From NCBI RefSeq assembly GCF_009936135.1, contig NZ_CP047901.1:695927-759926 (forward strand): 64,000 nucleotides of DNA. The letters are read 5' to 3'. A model generated the notes under the pieces. The model saw only the letters and a program-made list of their open reading frames with translations. It did not search any database and was not told the origin of the DNA. The DNA is from Candidatus Chazhemtobacterium aquaticus (GTDB taxonomy: Bacteria; Patescibacteriota; Microgenomatia; UBA1400; Chazhemtobacteraceae). The position numbers and the translations under genes are program-made. Positions 36,821-47,395 of the stretch are shown here, piece after piece. The first letter of the stretch is position 1. Each line of letters starts with the position of its first letter.

Positions 36821-37378
36821 TTAAACCCTCATTACCTCCGCTTCCTTCTCCTGCGCCATCTGCTCTAACCGATCGTTATACTCTCCTGTCAATTTATCAA
36901 GTTCCTCATACAACCTCTTCACATCATCCTCACTCACTCCAGCCTCCTCCTCCAGTTTCTCAATCTCTTCCCTGCCCTCTTGCCTAACTCCTCGAAGCAT
37001 TACTCTACCACTCTCCAATTTCTGCCCCACTAGTTTTACAAAATCCCTTCTCCTCTCCTCAGTTAAAGGTGGTACTACAATCCTTATTACCTCTCCCGAC
37101 ACGTTAGGCATAAACCCTAAATTAGCCTCAATTATTCCCTTTTCAATATCCTTAATCACACTCTTATCCCACGGGCTGATCACGATCTGATTCGGATCAG
37201 GTGCTGATATAGAAGCTACCTCCATCAGTCTCATCCTCTGACCGCCATAAGCACTAATCTCTACACTCTCTACCATTTTTGGATTTGCTCCACCCACTCT
37301 GATCGTCGCCATGTCTTCTGCCACAACCGCCAACACCTTATCCATCTTTGAACCTATACCTTCAATCAGTTTATCCAT
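36821..37378 (-). CDS. frr: ribosome recycling factor
   Basis: 185 aa; typical RRF pattern. Confidence 0.8.
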   Translation of the reverse strand: MDKLIEGIGSKMDKVLAVVAEDMATIRVGGANPKMVESVEISAYGGQRMRLMEVASISAPDPNQIVISPWDKSVIKDIEKGIIEANLGFMPNVSGEVIRIVVPPLTEERRRDFVKLVGQKLESGRVMLRGVRQEGREEIEKLEEEAGVSEDDVKRLYEELDKLTGEYNDRLEQMAQEKEAEVMRV

Positions 37379-37398
37379 AACCTAAATATATTTAACCA

Positions 37399-37848
37399 TT
37401 ACTCGCCACCCAACTCAAATCGCACGAACCTTCTCACTTGGATATTCTCACCGATTTTTCCAATTAAGTTGGTAACCAGATCCTTGATCTTCTTACCTCC
37501 ATCACGAATATAATCTTGCTCAAGAAGCTCCTCCACGTCTTTTGGCTCCATGCTCGCCACCTGCAAAGCAACCTCCTTACACAAAGCCTCAAACTCAGGA
37601 TTTTTGGCCACAAAATCAGTCTCACAACTCACCTCAACCAATACCCCCACTCGACCCTGATGAGTGTATCCATAAACCAAACCAGATTTCACCTCTCTAT
37701 CAGCCTTTTTTTCAGCCTTAACGATTCCCTTAGCTGCAATAATCTCCTCTGCCTTTTTCATGTCTCCTCCACTTTCTTCCAAAGCTTTCTTTGCATCCAT
37801 TACTCCAGCTCCAGTCTTTTCTCGAAGTTGCTTAATTTTTTCCATCAT
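37399..37848 (-). CDS. tsf: elongation factor Ts (short form)
   Basis: N-terminal UBA-like LREKTGAGVMDAKKAL; 149 aa. Confidence 0.75.
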   Translation of the reverse strand: MMEKIKQLREKTGAGVMDAKKALEESGGDMKKAEEIIAAKGIVKAEKKADREVKSGLVYGYTHQGRVGVLVEVSCETDFVAKNPEFEALCKEVALQVASMEPKDVEELLEQDYIRDGGKKIKDLVTNLIGKIGENIQVRRFVRFELGGE

Positions 37849-38560
37849 TTACTTTTTTAGAATTTTTAACTCCTAATTCCAACGCCTCACCCACTGTCTC
37901 CACAATTATCTTAATACTTCTTACCGCATCATCATTAGCTGGAATCACATAATCAACCAAGGCTGGATCAGCATTGCTATCAATCACTCCCACTACCTTA
38001 ATACCCCTACTCTTAGCTTCTCTTACCGCAATTCTTTCCTTCTGAGTATCTACCACAAACAACACATCAGGTAAACTATTCAATCCAACCAAACCACCAA
38101 AGAAGCGTTCCAATCGATCAATTTCTCGATCAATCAATACCTGCTCTCTTTTGGTATATTTCTTAAACTCACCCGCCTCTCGACCAGCTTTCAAATCCTC
38201 AAGTTTCTTAACTCTACCCTTAATCTGACCCCAGTTAGTGATCGTTCCCCCAAGCCATCTCTCTGTTACATAAAACACGCCAGCTTTTTTTGCCGCTTCC
38301 TTAACGATCTCAGATGCTTGCCTCTTGGTTCCCACCATCACAATTTTTTTACCCTCACTCGCTGCCTTACTTAAAAACTCGCATGCCTCCTCAAGTTTCT
38401 CAGCTGTAACCGCCAAATCAAAAATGTGCACTCCATCTCTGGCTGCCCAAATGTACTCATGCATTCTCGGGTTCCATCGCTTTACCTGATGTCCAAAGTG
38501 AGCACCTGCCTCTAGTAACGCCTCTAAATCAACACTGAACTTCTTTTGTTTTGTAGCCAT
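37832..38560 (-). CDS. rpsB: 30S ribosomal protein S2
   Basis: LLEAGAHFGHQVKRWNPRM motif. Confidence 0.85.
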   Translation of the reverse strand: MATKQKKFSVDLEALLEAGAHFGHQVKRWNPRMHEYIWAARDGVHIFDLAVTAEKLEEACEFLSKAASEGKKIVMVGTKRQASEIVKEAAKKAGVFYVTERWLGGTITNWGQIKGRVKKLEDLKAGREAGEFKKYTKREQVLIDREIDRLERFFGGLVGLNSLPDVLFVVDTQKERIAVREAKSRGIKVVGVIDSNADPALVDYVIPANDDAVRSIKIIVETVGEALELGVKNSKKVNDGKN

Positions 38561-38672
38561 TTTATATCTCCTTTACTGGTTTTGAGTTAATTCAAAAACC
38601 GATATCCTCCCTTGGCTAATATATCAGGAGAAATCTGCCAAGGTGTGTAATTAATGAACAAATTATATCACT

Positions 38673-39074
38673 CTACTCCTCATTTTCCAACTCACTAGCC
38701 TCAACATATTCAAACTCAACTGGCGCCATTATCCCTTCCCCATCTTTTGTTGAAATCAACATCCCCACCTTACCCACCTCCTCAGCTGGCGGTAATATTG
38801 CCACCACCACCGTTTCGTCATAACGCAATACTTCTTCAGCCTTTCTATCTCCAAACCATACCTCAACATCCTCCGGAAAATTTTCTCCCAAAAACACTAT
38901 CGACTCACCTCCCTCGATCGGGCCGCGTACTGGTTCAACCTGATTGATAACCATATCCGTCTCAACTACCTCAGACTCAGTACTCACCTCTCTAGGCTGC
39001 ATCCACCAAAACAAACCGACAAATATGGCTATCACCCCCAAGACCGTTATACTCCAATACTTTCTCTCACTCAT
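38673..39074 (-). CDS. membrane-anchored protein with IPT/TIG-like domain
   Basis: N-terminal TM; IVFLGENFPEDVEVWFGDRKAEEV...VVVAILPP. Confidence 0.4.
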   Translation of the reverse strand: MSERKYWSITVLGVIAIFVGLFWWMQPREVSTESEVVETDMVINQVEPVRGPIEGGESIVFLGENFPEDVEVWFGDRKAEEVLRYDETVVVAILPPAEEVGKVGMLISTKDGEGIMAPVEFEYVEASELENEE

Positions 39075-39867
39075 TCTCTACTGATCTTACTAAATTCTCA
39101 AACAAACACACTACCGTCATTGGCCCTACTCCTCCAGGCACAGGTGTCACAAAACTAGCCACTTGATCTATACCCTCCTCAAAATCACCCTTCGGAAAAC
39201 CAACATCAATCGCCACCACTCCCTTCTTCACCATCGATTTCTTAATTAATCCAGTCTGTCCAGTTGCGGAAATCACCACGTCATACTCACCTAACTCCAA
39301 TCCATCACCTAAATCAAACTCACCTACCTCAAAACCAAATCGTTTTAATTGAGATACTAAAGGCTTGCCTACCATCCCTTTACTTCCCACCACTGCCACC
39401 TTCATTCGCTCAATGTCTAAACCAACTTCCCTAATTGCCTCATCCATTATCTTACCCACTGCCATCACCGTTGCCGGTAAAAATTCTTGTTCTCCTGTCG
39501 CAATCAGCCTTAGATTCTCACTACTCAATCCATCCACATCCTTAGCTACCGGTATTATCTCAAGTAGCTCCCTTACTTTATCCGGATCAATTCCCGGCAC
39601 TGGTAACTGTACCATTACCCCATCAATATTCTTATCATCTACAAGCTTCTTAAGCCTATCCTCCAATTCAACAGCCTCTACTCTCTCAACTCTTACCTCA
39701 GCTCCAATCCGCTCTCCTAGCCCTTTCTTATTCTCAATATACTTAGCACTTGCCTGATTATCACCTACCCATAGAATTGCCAAAACTGGCTTTCTTCCCA
39801 AATCAGCTACTCTTTGCTTTAAACCTACCTCAATCTCACCCGCCTTCTTCCTTCCTTCAAATACCAT
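39067..39867 (-). CDS. folD: methylenetetrahydrofolate dehydrogenase/cyclohydrolase
   Basis: 266 aa; typical FolD N-terminus (AILWVGDNQAS..Y) and Rossmann region. Confidence 0.8.
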   Translation of the reverse strand: MVFEGRKKAGEIEVGLKQRVADLGRKPVLAILWVGDNQASAKYIENKKGLGERIGAEVRVERVEAVELEDRLKKLVDDKNIDGVMVQLPVPGIDPDKVRELLEIIPVAKDVDGLSSENLRLIATGEQEFLPATVMAVGKIMDEAIREVGLDIERMKVAVVGSKGMVGKPLVSQLKRFGFEVGEFDLGDGLELGEYDVVISATGQTGLIKKSMVKKGVVAIDVGFPKGDFEEGIDQVASFVTPVPGGVGPMTVVCLFENLVRSVENE

Positions 39868-39868
39868 A

Positions 39869-40135
39869 TCAGTGAAAGCCTCCTCCTCGGTTAAACGCCT
39901 TTCTCCCCTCAGAAGTACTAATCACCGGCGCAGTCCATGCACTAGTTTGTTCCTCTTCCTCTCGCAACATCTCCTCCAAAATCAAAGCCACCTCCTCCTC
40001 ATCCTCAATTCCCTGATCCTGTAAAGCTCGTAAAATATCCTCCTCAGTCTCGGGTTTTTTTACCCCCACCACTCTCCTCCAGAAAAAATCATCTCTCCAC
40101 CTACTCAAATCCCTATTAAGTGTTTCCCTGCTCAT
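39869..40135 (-). CDS. acidic hypothetical protein
   Basis: ORF only. Confidence 0.3.
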   Translation of the reverse strand: MSRETLNRDLSRWRDDFFWRRVVGVKKPETEEDILRALQDQGIEDEEEVALILEEMLREEEEQTSAWTAPVISTSEGRKAFNRGGGFH

Positions 40136-40178
40136 AACAACTTAATATATCCCAAAATACCAGAGCCGCCAACCCACC

Positions 40179-40841
40179 TCATATCCTCACCAACCCATAC
40201 TCACAAAGCACCTCAAGACAGTCCTGCACCACCTTATCTCTACTTTGTGATGCATCAATTACTCTCCAATGGTCTACTTGCTCTCCAAGTTCAAGATACG
40301 CCTGCCTTACCCGAGCAAAAAAATCAATCGCTTGAAGGTCATACCGATCCAGATCATCTTTTGCCCCCCTTCTTTCTAGCACTACCTCAGGTACCAAGTC
40401 AAAAAACAAAGTCAAAGGTACCAACCCCCTAGTAACCTTAAGACTTACTGTCCTAATAAATCCACGATCTAAACCTTCTCCCCCTCCTTGGTATGCATAA
40501 CTGCTATACCACCACCGATCAGAGATAACACTCTTACCATCAACTAGCTCAGGTAAAATCACCTCACTCACCAGCTGTGCCCTAGAGGCACTGTATCCCA
40601 AAAACGCTGCCAACGGGTCAACCGGATGCCCAAACTCAGTCTGTTGTACAACCGTTCTGATCAAGTCGCCAAACTCAGTCCCTCCAGGCTCTCTTACCTT
40701 CACCCAATCAACCAAGTATTTATCCATGCCTCTAACCGCTGTACTTTTACCCGAAGAAGACATTCCCTCCACTACCACAAATGGTCTGACCAACTCACTT
40801 TTCATTGTTGCCATAATAACTAGCCAATTACCCAAACACAA
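40179..40841 (-). CDS. tmk: thymidylate kinase (likely starts at the internal Met, about 40805)
   Basis: VVEGMSSSGKST P-loop and DRWWYSSYAYQGG motif. Confidence 0.75.
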   Translation of the reverse strand: MCLGNWLVIMATMKSELVRPFVVVEGMSSSGKSTAVRGMDKYLVDWVKVREPGGTEFGDLIRTVVQQTEFGHPVDPLAAFLGYSASRAQLVSEVILPELVDGKSVISDRWWYSSYAYQGGGEGLDRGFIRTVSLKVTRGLVPLTLFFDLVPEVVLERRGAKDDLDRYDLQAIDFFARVRQAYLELGEQVDHWRVIDASQSRDKVVQDCLEVLCEYGLVRI

Positions 40842-40886
40842 TATAAGATAAATCGACTCGCACTATACACAACAGGAGGCATATCC

Positions 40887-41606
40887 ATGGAAATCCTTAA
40901 ATCCTCAGGCACCTATCGCATCCTCACTCCAACCGAAGTACTCCTAAACCAGCTTCTCATCATCGAGGAAGCTGGACGGACCAGTTACCAATCGCAAAAA
41001 GGGTCAATCACTCTGGCTACCGCTACCAAGTTTGTCCGCATGCTCATCCGCAATGGACACGAAAGTGTCATTGAGCACGGATCACTTTCCGTCAAATTCA
41101 CTGGCGTCTCCCGGGGCTTCACTCACGAAGACGTCCGCCACCGCCTCTCCTCATTCACCCAGGAGTCAACCAGATATGTTGACTACACCAGAGGTGGAGA
41201 TGAACCAGACCTAGAACGCTTTCAGGCCCGATTCATTCTTCCTCCCCACCGCGATGAACAAGAACTCATGACCCGACCAGACGGTAGGCAGATCACCCCA
41301 GCACAGATGTTTGAGGAAGCAGAACAAAACTACCGTACCCTCAGACTTCACGGCTGGAAGCCTCAAGATGCCCGTCAAGTTCTCCCCATAGGCATCGAAT
41401 CCGATCTTGTTCACACCGCCAACTTTAGGGAGTGGCGCCACATCTTTAAGCTAAGAACCGCCAAGGACGCCCACTGGGAAATTCGTCTCGTCATGTGCGC
41501 CCTCCTCCAAGAACTGCAAACTGTTCTACCCGCAGTTTTTGACGACCTCCAATACGCTGGCCAGGACCAAGATGGTCATCCCTACTTTAAAACCGTCAAG
41601 ATCTAG
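40887..41606 (+). CDS. thyX: flavin-dependent thymidylate synthase
   Basis: RHRLSSFTQESTRY (RHRxxSxxxxSxRY) ThyX signature. Confidence 0.85.
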   Translation: MEILKSSGTYRILTPTEVLLNQLLIIEEAGRTSYQSQKGSITLATATKFVRMLIRNGHESVIEHGSLSVKFTGVSRGFTHEDVRHRLSSFTQESTRYVDYTRGGDEPDLERFQARFILPPHRDEQELMTRPDGRQITPAQMFEEAEQNYRTLRLHGWKPQDARQVLPIGIESDLVHTANFREWRHIFKLRTAKDAHWEIRLVMCALLQELQTVLPAVFDDLQYAGQDQDGHPYFKTVKI

Positions 41607-41625
41607 GAGGTGCCACAAACACAAA

Positions 41626-41661
41626 CCCCGTCAGGACATGTTGCCTCACGGGGTTTATTTT
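41626..41661. terminator. bidirectional stem-loop between convergent thyX and dcd
   Basis: ccccgtcagg...cctcacgggg followed by a T-run. Confidence 0.45.
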
Positions 41662-42212
41662 TACTCACTATCCCAGAACCGGCTCTCAGTTGGACCCATC
41701 TGTCCTTGATAGCGGTTGCCAGCAGTTCCATATGGTCGATTGACCGGACTGCTCATCACAAAAAAGCAGATCTGAGCTACCTTGATTCCCGGACGCAGGA
41801 CGATTGGTACCACGTTGACATTACTCATCTCGAAGGTGATCTGCCCCTCAAAGCCGGGATCAATATATCCAGCAGTCGCGTGGACCACCAGTCCCAACCT
41901 CCCCAGGCTACTCTTTCCCTCAAGTTTAGCCGCCAAATCAATCGGTATCCTGAAACGCTCTACCGTCGAGGCCAGCGCAAACTCGCCAGGATGAAGTACA
42001 AAGCCCAACTCATCAACCTCAACCAACTGAGTCTCCACACGCCTTTTTTGAGCCAAGTCGATATGAGTCATATCATGGCTGGAAAAAAGACGAAACTGAC
42101 TACCCAGACGAACATCATAAGTTGACGGCTGGACACACTCCGGGTCAAACGGGTCAATCAGTAACGAATGAGTCGCCACTCGCTCCAGCATATCCCTGTC
42201 AGACAGTATCAT
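41661..42212 (-). CDS. dcd: dCTP deaminase
   Basis: 183 aa; dUTPase-superfamily pattern (..YDVRLG..GYIDPGFEGQITFE..). Confidence 0.8.
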   Translation of the reverse strand: MILSDRDMLERVATHSLLIDPFDPECVQPSTYDVRLGSQFRLFSSHDMTHIDLAQKRRVETQLVEVDELGFVLHPGEFALASTVERFRIPIDLAAKLEGKSSLGRLGLVVHATAGYIDPGFEGQITFEMSNVNVVPIVLRPGIKVAQICFFVMSSPVNRPYGTAGNRYQGQMGPTESRFWDSE

Positions 42213-42251
42213 TGCCCTGCTCCTATTTTGGCTAGATTTCCAAGGTTCTCT

Positions 42252-44270
42252 TTAAGATTCTACCCCAGCGCTCTCCTTATCCTCCTTTTTACCCTTCACT
42301 TTCGGTCTCTTCCAGGTAGCCCACTTACATTTAGGATAATTCTCACAACCATAAAACTCTCTCCCAAAACGAGTCCGCTTAATCACCACACCCGCACCAC
42401 ATTCCTCACATTTTGCTCCCTCAACATACTCTTTGTAATTCTCCGTATACTTACACTCCGGAAATCGACTACAACTTAAAAACTTGCCAAATCTTCCCTC
42501 TCTGATCACTACCTCTCCTTCCTTACACTCAGGACATTTTTCTCCCGTCCTCTCCACTGGCACCTCCACTCGTTTCGCCTTCTCTGTCACTTCCTCAACC
42601 TTTTTCTCAAACGGACCGTAAAAGTCAGACAAATACTTCTGCCAATCCTTCTCGCCCATAGCTATCTCATCCAAACCATCCTCCATTCGTGCCGTGAAAT
42701 CGTAATCCATCTCTTCTTTAAAGTTACCAACCAAAAAGTCACTCACTGCCATTCCCACCTTTGTCGCAAAAAACCGCCTACTTTCTCTGTTTACATACGC
42801 CCGGGCCAAAATCGTACTGATAATCGAGGCATAGGTAGACGGCCTACCAATCCCTCTCTTTTCCAGCTCCTTAACCAAAGAAGCATCGTTATATCTTGGT
42901 GGTGGTTGGGTAAATTTTTGCTCAGCTACCACCCCTTCATTCTTTAAACTCTCTCCTTTTCCTACTTGAGGTAAGACTACCTCACCATCAATCTTCTTAT
43001 ACAACCTTCTCCATCCATCAAACTTAATTATCTCCCCCGTCACCCGCAACTCATAATTTCTCTCTCCCCTTGCCTCCACTACCACCGTTGTTGCATCAAA
43101 TACAGCTGGTCTCATCTGACAAGCTATCGTTCTTCTCCAAATCAACCCATACAACTTCTCCTGATCACGAGCCATCTTACCCTCACCCTTGTAGCTGTTA
43201 GTCCCCATCTCTAAGTTAGTCGGTCTGATTGCCTCATGAGCTTCCTGAGCCACCACCTTACCCTTCGTTTTATAAAACACTCCCCTGTCAGGTAAATACT
43301 CATTTCCAAACTCACTTACTATAAATTTTCTTACCCCCTCAACCGCGCTTTCCACTAAATTAAGAGAGTCGGTTCGATGATAAGTAATATCACCTTGTTC
43401 ATAAAGTTTCTGCGCTACCTGCATCGTCTTTTTCGAAGACCACCCCAACACATTTGCCGCCGCCTGCTGCAAGGTGGATGTTTTAAATGGCGGATGAGGC
43501 CAGCTCCTTCTCTCTTTTTTTTCAACATCACTTATCACCAAATCAGCACCTGACAAATCAGCCTCGATCTCTCTCATCTCTTTCTCGTTCTTCACCTCAA
43601 CCTTTTTCCCATTCATTTTCTTAAGCAACAACAACATCTCCTCACCACCACTCGTTTCTGCCTTAACATTAATCAACCAGTACTCATCAGGTTTGAACGC
43701 CTCAATCTCTCTTTCTCTCTCCACAATCATTCGTAGTGCCACACTCTGCACCCGACCTGCTGACAAACCCCTTCTTACTTTCTTCCACAACACTGGTGAC
43801 AATTTGTATCCCACCAAACGGTCCAACACTCTTCTGGCTTGCTGGGCATCAACCAAGTCCTGACTCACTTGTTTAGGTGATTTCAATGCCTCCAATACCG
43901 ACTCCTTGGTAATTGAATGAAAACTAATTCTCTTAAACTTATCCTTCTTCTCTCCCTTTAGTATCTCCTGCACATGCCAGGCAATCGCCTCTCCCTCTCG
44001 ATCTGGGTCAGTTGCCAGAAAAACCTCATCTGCCTTTTTAGCTGCCGCTTTTAGCTTACTTACCTCTTTACCCTTACCACGAACCAAAACATACTCCGGC
44101 TTAAAGCTATATTTACCACCCTTCTCCTCTATCTCCACCCCCATCTTGCTCTTGGGCAAATCGCTTACATGACCCATACTTGCCAACACCTCAAAACCCT
44201 TACCCAAATACTTAGATAAGGACTTTGTTTTCGTTGGAGACTCAACAATCACTAATTTCATCCTCCCCAT
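42252..44270 (-). CDS. topA: DNA topoisomerase I
   Basis: Toprim N-terminus LVIVESPTKTKSL; C-terminal C4 zinc ribbons. Confidence 0.85.
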   Translation of the reverse strand: MGRMKLVIVESPTKTKSLSKYLGKGFEVLASMGHVSDLPKSKMGVEIEEKGGKYSFKPEYVLVRGKGKEVSKLKAAAKKADEVFLATDPDREGEAIAWHVQEILKGEKKDKFKRISFHSITKESVLEALKSPKQVSQDLVDAQQARRVLDRLVGYKLSPVLWKKVRRGLSAGRVQSVALRMIVEREREIEAFKPDEYWLINVKAETSGGEEMLLLLKKMNGKKVEVKNEKEMREIEADLSGADLVISDVEKKERRSWPHPPFKTSTLQQAAANVLGWSSKKTMQVAQKLYEQGDITYHRTDSLNLVESAVEGVRKFIVSEFGNEYLPDRGVFYKTKGKVVAQEAHEAIRPTNLEMGTNSYKGEGKMARDQEKLYGLIWRRTIACQMRPAVFDATTVVVEARGERNYELRVTGEIIKFDGWRRLYKKIDGEVVLPQVGKGESLKNEGVVAEQKFTQPPPRYNDASLVKELEKRGIGRPSTYASIISTILARAYVNRESRRFFATKVGMAVSDFLVGNFKEEMDYDFTARMEDGLDEIAMGEKDWQKYLSDFYGPFEKKVEEVTEKAKRVEVPVERTGEKCPECKEGEVVIREGRFGKFLSCSRFPECKYTENYKEYVEGAKCEECGAGVVIKRTRFGREFYGCENYPKCKWATWKRPKVKGKKEDKESAGVES

Positions 44271-44330
44271 TTAACTGTAATTACTTCTAAAACGCAAAGG
44301 TCAACTCTATCCCAACAAATTTAAATTCGC

Positions 44331-44927
44331 CTAAAACGACCACTCATCCACCCCTTCATTAATCAACAAATCAGTTCCCGGCGATCCTCTTACTACCCAT
44401 ACTTTTCTATTTAACTCTGCAGCCCAGTTTGCTGTTGTCATTGTCCCCGACTTAATTTCTGCTTCGATCACCACCACTCCCAAACACATTCCCACAATCA
44501 ACCTATTTCTTAACGGAAAAAAGTATCTCTCCGGTCTTACTCCTTCTTCTAACTGGCTCACCAAAGCCCCACCTGCTTCAACTATTTTTTCAGCCAATCC
44601 AGCATTCTCTCTTGGATACACCCAATCCAATCCATGTGCTAATACTGCTACCGTCCTACCCCCCAAACGCAAACACTCTCTATGTGCCACGCTATCAACT
44701 CCTCTAGCCAACCCAGAAACCACTACCATCTCCATATCCACCAACTGCTTAACCACTCTTCTAGTCACTTCCTCACCCTTAACACTCATCTTTCTTGATC
44801 CCACTACCGCTACCATTTTTTCAAGCAAAACCTTACTCTCACCCCTTACATACAACCTGTCTGGATGATTAACCACCTCCAACAACAACGGTGGATACAC
44901 CTGACTATCTACATCAATTTCCCTCAC
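44331..44927 (-). CDS. dprA: DNA processing protein DprA/Smf (short form)
   Basis: VVGSRKMS..GEEV...SGLARGVDSVAH Rossmann-like DprA core. Confidence 0.7.
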   Translation of the reverse strand: MREIDVDSQVYPPLLLEVVNHPDRLYVRGESKVLLEKMVAVVGSRKMSVKGEEVTRRVVKQLVDMEMVVVSGLARGVDSVAHRECLRLGGRTVAVLAHGLDWVYPRENAGLAEKIVEAGGALVSQLEEGVRPERYFFPLRNRLIVGMCLGVVVIEAEIKSGTMTTANWAAELNRKVWVVRGSPGTDLLINEGVDEWSF

Positions 44928-45291
44928 TCCTTTAATTTATCAAATATCCATATCCCAAGGTCAAAAAAAGACCTGGTTATATTGGGAAAAGCTGTGTGTG
45001 AGTCGCCCCACTTCTCCACGGCGGTTGCCGCTGCGTTTCTATCCCTAACCAGGTCAATCTTCAAATAAGAGGCTGCAATGCTCTTCGTCCAGATCCCTCT
45101 GGGCAATTTGCATTTTTGCAGGTTCAGTCAAGAGTTCAAGCAAACCGCAGATTATCTGCCAGAGTCATCCTTTTGAGGAAATCGTCTGTTTGCAGGTTCA
45201 CCAAACTACTTGAAAAAACCACAGCCTCACATCTTTCAATGTATGGATGTAATATACCAAAAATAGTCTTAAATGTCAATAATATAGGCTG

Positions 45292-46914
45292 CTATATCCC
45301 CTTCTCCACTATATATCTAGCAATCTGTGTCGCCACTGGACCAGCCTCAGCACTACCCTCTCCACTTGCTTCAAGCAACACCGTTATCACCACACCATTA
45401 GCATAATCATCATCTCTGTTTCCCTCACTGTTCTCTGCCGGAACCACCGCCGTAATCCACGCATGTGGATCATCCTCCTCACCACCCTGTTGTGCTGTCC
45501 CTGTCTTACATGCAACTCTAACAGGGAAATCAAAAAAACTGGCAGCAGTCCCCCCCTCACTACAAGCTCCTACCATTCCCTCCACAATCATCTCTCTCCC
45601 CACCTCGCTTAAGGATAGATCCTCACACCTTCCTTCCTCACCCACAACCAATCCAGGCTTACACAACTTACCCGACACCACCGCTGCCGTCATCAAGTTT
45701 CCCTGTAATGGCGTAACTGTTAAGTCGCCCTGCCCAATCGCCATGTGATACGTGTTTCCCAAAAACCAACGCTCACCTGTCAATTTTTCCTTCCACAATG
45801 GATCAGGTACTCTACCAGTTCCTTCAGCCTCCAACCCAATCCCCGTTCTTCTACCCAAACCCAGTTTTCTTGACCACTCACCTAACTTCTCTACTCCAAC
45901 CCACTCACCCACTTTGTAAAAAAAGATATCGTTACTTCTTGCCAAAGCTCTCTGTAAACCAATCTCCCCCTCTGTCTTACCATACTGATCAAAATACCAG
46001 TTGCCGTAACGATAACTATCGATTTTAATTTCACCCTCATCTATTACACTAGTTTCACTATTCACCTTTCCTTCCTCAACTCCAGCCACTGCCGTTACCA
46101 GTTTATATATCGACCCAGGGGGATAATTTCCACCCACCGCTCTATCAAACATCGGCTGCCTTTCACCATCACCCAACACCTCTTCTACCTTTTTGTATTT
46201 TCCCTCACCCGGAAGTCCAGAAAACAAGTTATTATCAAAACTTGGCCAACTTACCAAAGCCAACAACTCTCCTGTTCCTGCCCGACTCACCACCACCGCC
46301 CCTTTATATTCCCCCTTCTCTTCCTCTCGTACTGCCAAAATTCTCCCTATCTCCTTTGACAACTCAGCATCAATATTAAGCTTAACCAACTGACCCGCCA
46401 CTGCCTCCCTCTTTCCGATCAGATCTACTCTTTTACCAGTTGCATCTACCTCAACCAACTCCTCACCAAACTCTCCTCGCAATCTCTCATCCTCACTCCG
46501 TTCCACCCCCATTTTTCCCGATCTTGAACCCAATACCAAACCCTGACTAACCTCCTCCTCACCAACCTCACCAACATACCCAATCACATGCGCCACCACC
46601 TCACCATACGGATACTCCCTTACCACCTCTCCATCCATATCAACATTACGAGCCAATATCCTATCCTCTCGGTCTTTAATCACCCCCCTATCTGCCATCA
46701 CTATCACTCGCTCTAACCGATTACCCTCAGCCACCATCACCTGCTGTTCTCCCAACACTACCTGCAAAAACACCATTCTAGCCAATATCATCCCTACCAC
46801 TGCAAACACCATTACCCTCATCCACCATCCAATCTTCACATCATCTCTAGTCTTAGGCTGACCATCTCTCCACACATTTTCCATCACTAATTTCCAGTCA
46901 CTCTGCCTCATCAT
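45292..46914 (-). CDS. mrdA: class B penicillin-binding protein (PBP2/FtsI-type transpeptidase)
   Basis: SIYK (SxxK), SRSN-like ARSND, KTGTAQ motifs. Confidence 0.8.
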   Translation of the reverse strand: MMRQSDWKLVMENVWRDGQPKTRDDVKIGWWMRVMVFAVVGMILARMVFLQVVLGEQQVMVAEGNRLERVIVMADRGVIKDREDRILARNVDMDGEVVREYPYGEVVAHVIGYVGEVGEEEVSQGLVLGSRSGKMGVERSEDERLRGEFGEELVEVDATGKRVDLIGKREAVAGQLVKLNIDAELSKEIGRILAVREEEKGEYKGAVVVSRAGTGELLALVSWPSFDNNLFSGLPGEGKYKKVEEVLGDGERQPMFDRAVGGNYPPGSIYKLVTAVAGVEEGKVNSETSVIDEGEIKIDSYRYGNWYFDQYGKTEGEIGLQRALARSNDIFFYKVGEWVGVEKLGEWSRKLGLGRRTGIGLEAEGTGRVPDPLWKEKLTGERWFLGNTYHMAIGQGDLTVTPLQGNLMTAAVVSGKLCKPGLVVGEEGRCEDLSLSEVGREMIVEGMVGACSEGGTAASFFDFPVRVACKTGTAQQGGEEDDPHAWITAVVPAENSEGNRDDDYANGVVITVLLEASGEGSAEAGPVATQIARYIVEKGI

Positions 46915-47339
46915 TTTCGTAGTCTAATTTCCCTCCCCCAACTTCTCCAACTAGACATCAACACCACTACTACACTTATACCCAAAAGTAACCCCATTCC
47001 CATTACTCCTCTCACTCCCCCAAAAAACCAACCCCACACCAAGCTATTTACTACCACCCAGACTCTCTCTACCCCACTCTCCCCAGCAAACCACCTTTGC
47101 AGCAACATGGCTACTACAATCACCAACCACAACCAAATCGCCGCTATGCCCACCAGCCTGCCCAACATCACATCAAGCAAAACCCCGGTTATTACAGCCA
47201 GCCATAGCAATACTCGATCATCAACCCTACCCAACCACCACCACATCACCCACAAACTCCACGGCCACAACCAAACACTACTCTCTACCAGCACCGACAC
47301 CATCAAACTTAAAAACAACCAAAAAACCTTACCTTTCAT
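46911..47339 (-). CDS. mreD: rod shape-determining protein MreD
   Basis: Polytopic Trp-rich membrane protein with a GVLLDVMLG motif; ATGA overlap with the pbp2 gene. Confidence 0.55.
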   Translation of the reverse strand: MKGKVFWLFLSLMVSVLVESSVWLWPWSLWVMWWWLGRVDDRVLLWLAVITGVLLDVMLGRLVGIAAIWLWLVIVVAMLLQRWFAGESGVERVWVVVNSLVWGWFFGGVRGVMGMGLLLGISVVVVLMSSWRSWGREIRLRK

Positions 47340-47395
47340 CTCCTTCCCATCTTACCACTTTAGCCACCACAACTTGATACAATACTCTCTAAACC

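Noticed and set aside
45100-45235. Possible mini-CRISPR array
   Set aside because: Only two imperfect repeat units, no regular spacer architecture, and no cas genes anywhere in the window.
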